DNA from: an uncultured Chloroflexia bacterium
GTDB taxonomy: Bacteria > Chloroflexota > Anaerolineae > B4-G1 > SLSP01
Assembly: GCA_963751345.1 (NCBI GenBank)
Contig: CAVVUS010000033.1
Span: 33,578 to 97,577, forward strand
DNA: 64,000 bases
Direction: 5' to 3'
This document shows, piece by piece, positions 63,601-64,000 of this stretch. Under the pieces are notes generated by a model. The model saw nothing but the letters and a program-made list of their open reading frames with translations. It was not told where the DNA came from and did no database searches. Position numbers and translations under genes: made by a program. How positions within the stretch are numbered: position 1 is the first letter of the stretch; every line of letters begins with the position of its first letter.

Positions 63601-64000
63601 ATAGGCGGCTGGGGGGCTCGGCTCGGTCCCCTGGTTGGCGATGTGGGCCGTGAAGGTGACGACTTCGCCCGGGGCAGGCCAGCGCTGTTGGTTCTCCGTT
63701 CCAGGGCAGAGCGAGGGGACGCCCGCGTCGTAGCGCACGCAGTAGGCCGCGTAGCGGGGCGTGCGGCTGATGTAGGTCACGTCGAGGTCGACGCCGCGTG
63801 GTGGGGCGGTGGGCACCCAGTCGTCGGGCGGCACGCGCGTGATGCTGTACCAGGGGAAGTCGCCGCCCGGCACGAGGCGGGTCGCCTGAAGGCTCGCGAG
63901 GCTTGGCCCGCGATGCGCCTCGGGCTGAAGCAGCGCCTGTTGGAGGGCCATCCGCCGCGTGGCGGCGGTGACCAAGACCAGCGTCAGCGCACAGGTCAGG
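60602..64000 (-). CDS. Large secreted multidomain protein: CARDB + HExxH metallopeptidase + NHL repeats + LamG + NHL, with YRLPVVLR tail (frameshifts; start probably just outside window)
   Basis: LDVTYISRTPRY; WPAPGEVVTFTAHIANQG...ETYETNN; HELGHQIGLIDLY; GSIEFWV...WHHVAATW...AVIDELRVSD; FDAPQDI...VADTGNDRLQ. Pieces 62728-63975, 62487-63269, 62299-62664, 61922-62302, 60602-61663. Confidence 0.75.

Overview
GC-rich chromosomal window whose gene content points to Chloroflexota, probably Anaerolineae. The clues are a BTAD/STAND regulator, C-terminal YLPLVLK-type tails, and a deazaflavin (F420)-dependent oxidoreductase; this assignment is an inference. About 45 coding regions are recognisable. They include a histidine utilisation locus (hutI divergent from hutU-hutH-ftcd), sugar and sugar-acid catabolism genes, a putative peptidoglycan-peptide recycling trio, two signalling systems, a cold-shock gene, lipid enzymes and several large secreted proteins. 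Many genes are split by single-base frameshifts scattered across the window, which most likely reflects uncorrected long-read errors, so boundaries of split genes are approximate. No rRNA, tRNA, transposase or CRISPR array was seen. The most notable structures are: (1) a mirror-symmetric divergent promoter at 960-1062 with 11-bp-periodic TCACACG heptamers, next to a small uncharacterised protein, two paralogous SnoaL-like proteins and a BTAD-STAND regulator; (2) seven tandem ~112-bp hairpin-bearing units between hutU and hutH, the last of which supplies the hutH ribosome-binding site; (3) a shared C-terminal LPx(V/A)(L/M)(K/R) tail on three unrelated secreted proteins; (4) several distinct REP-like palindrome families; (5) a Rieske oxygenase near an SDR resembling chlorophyll b reductase.
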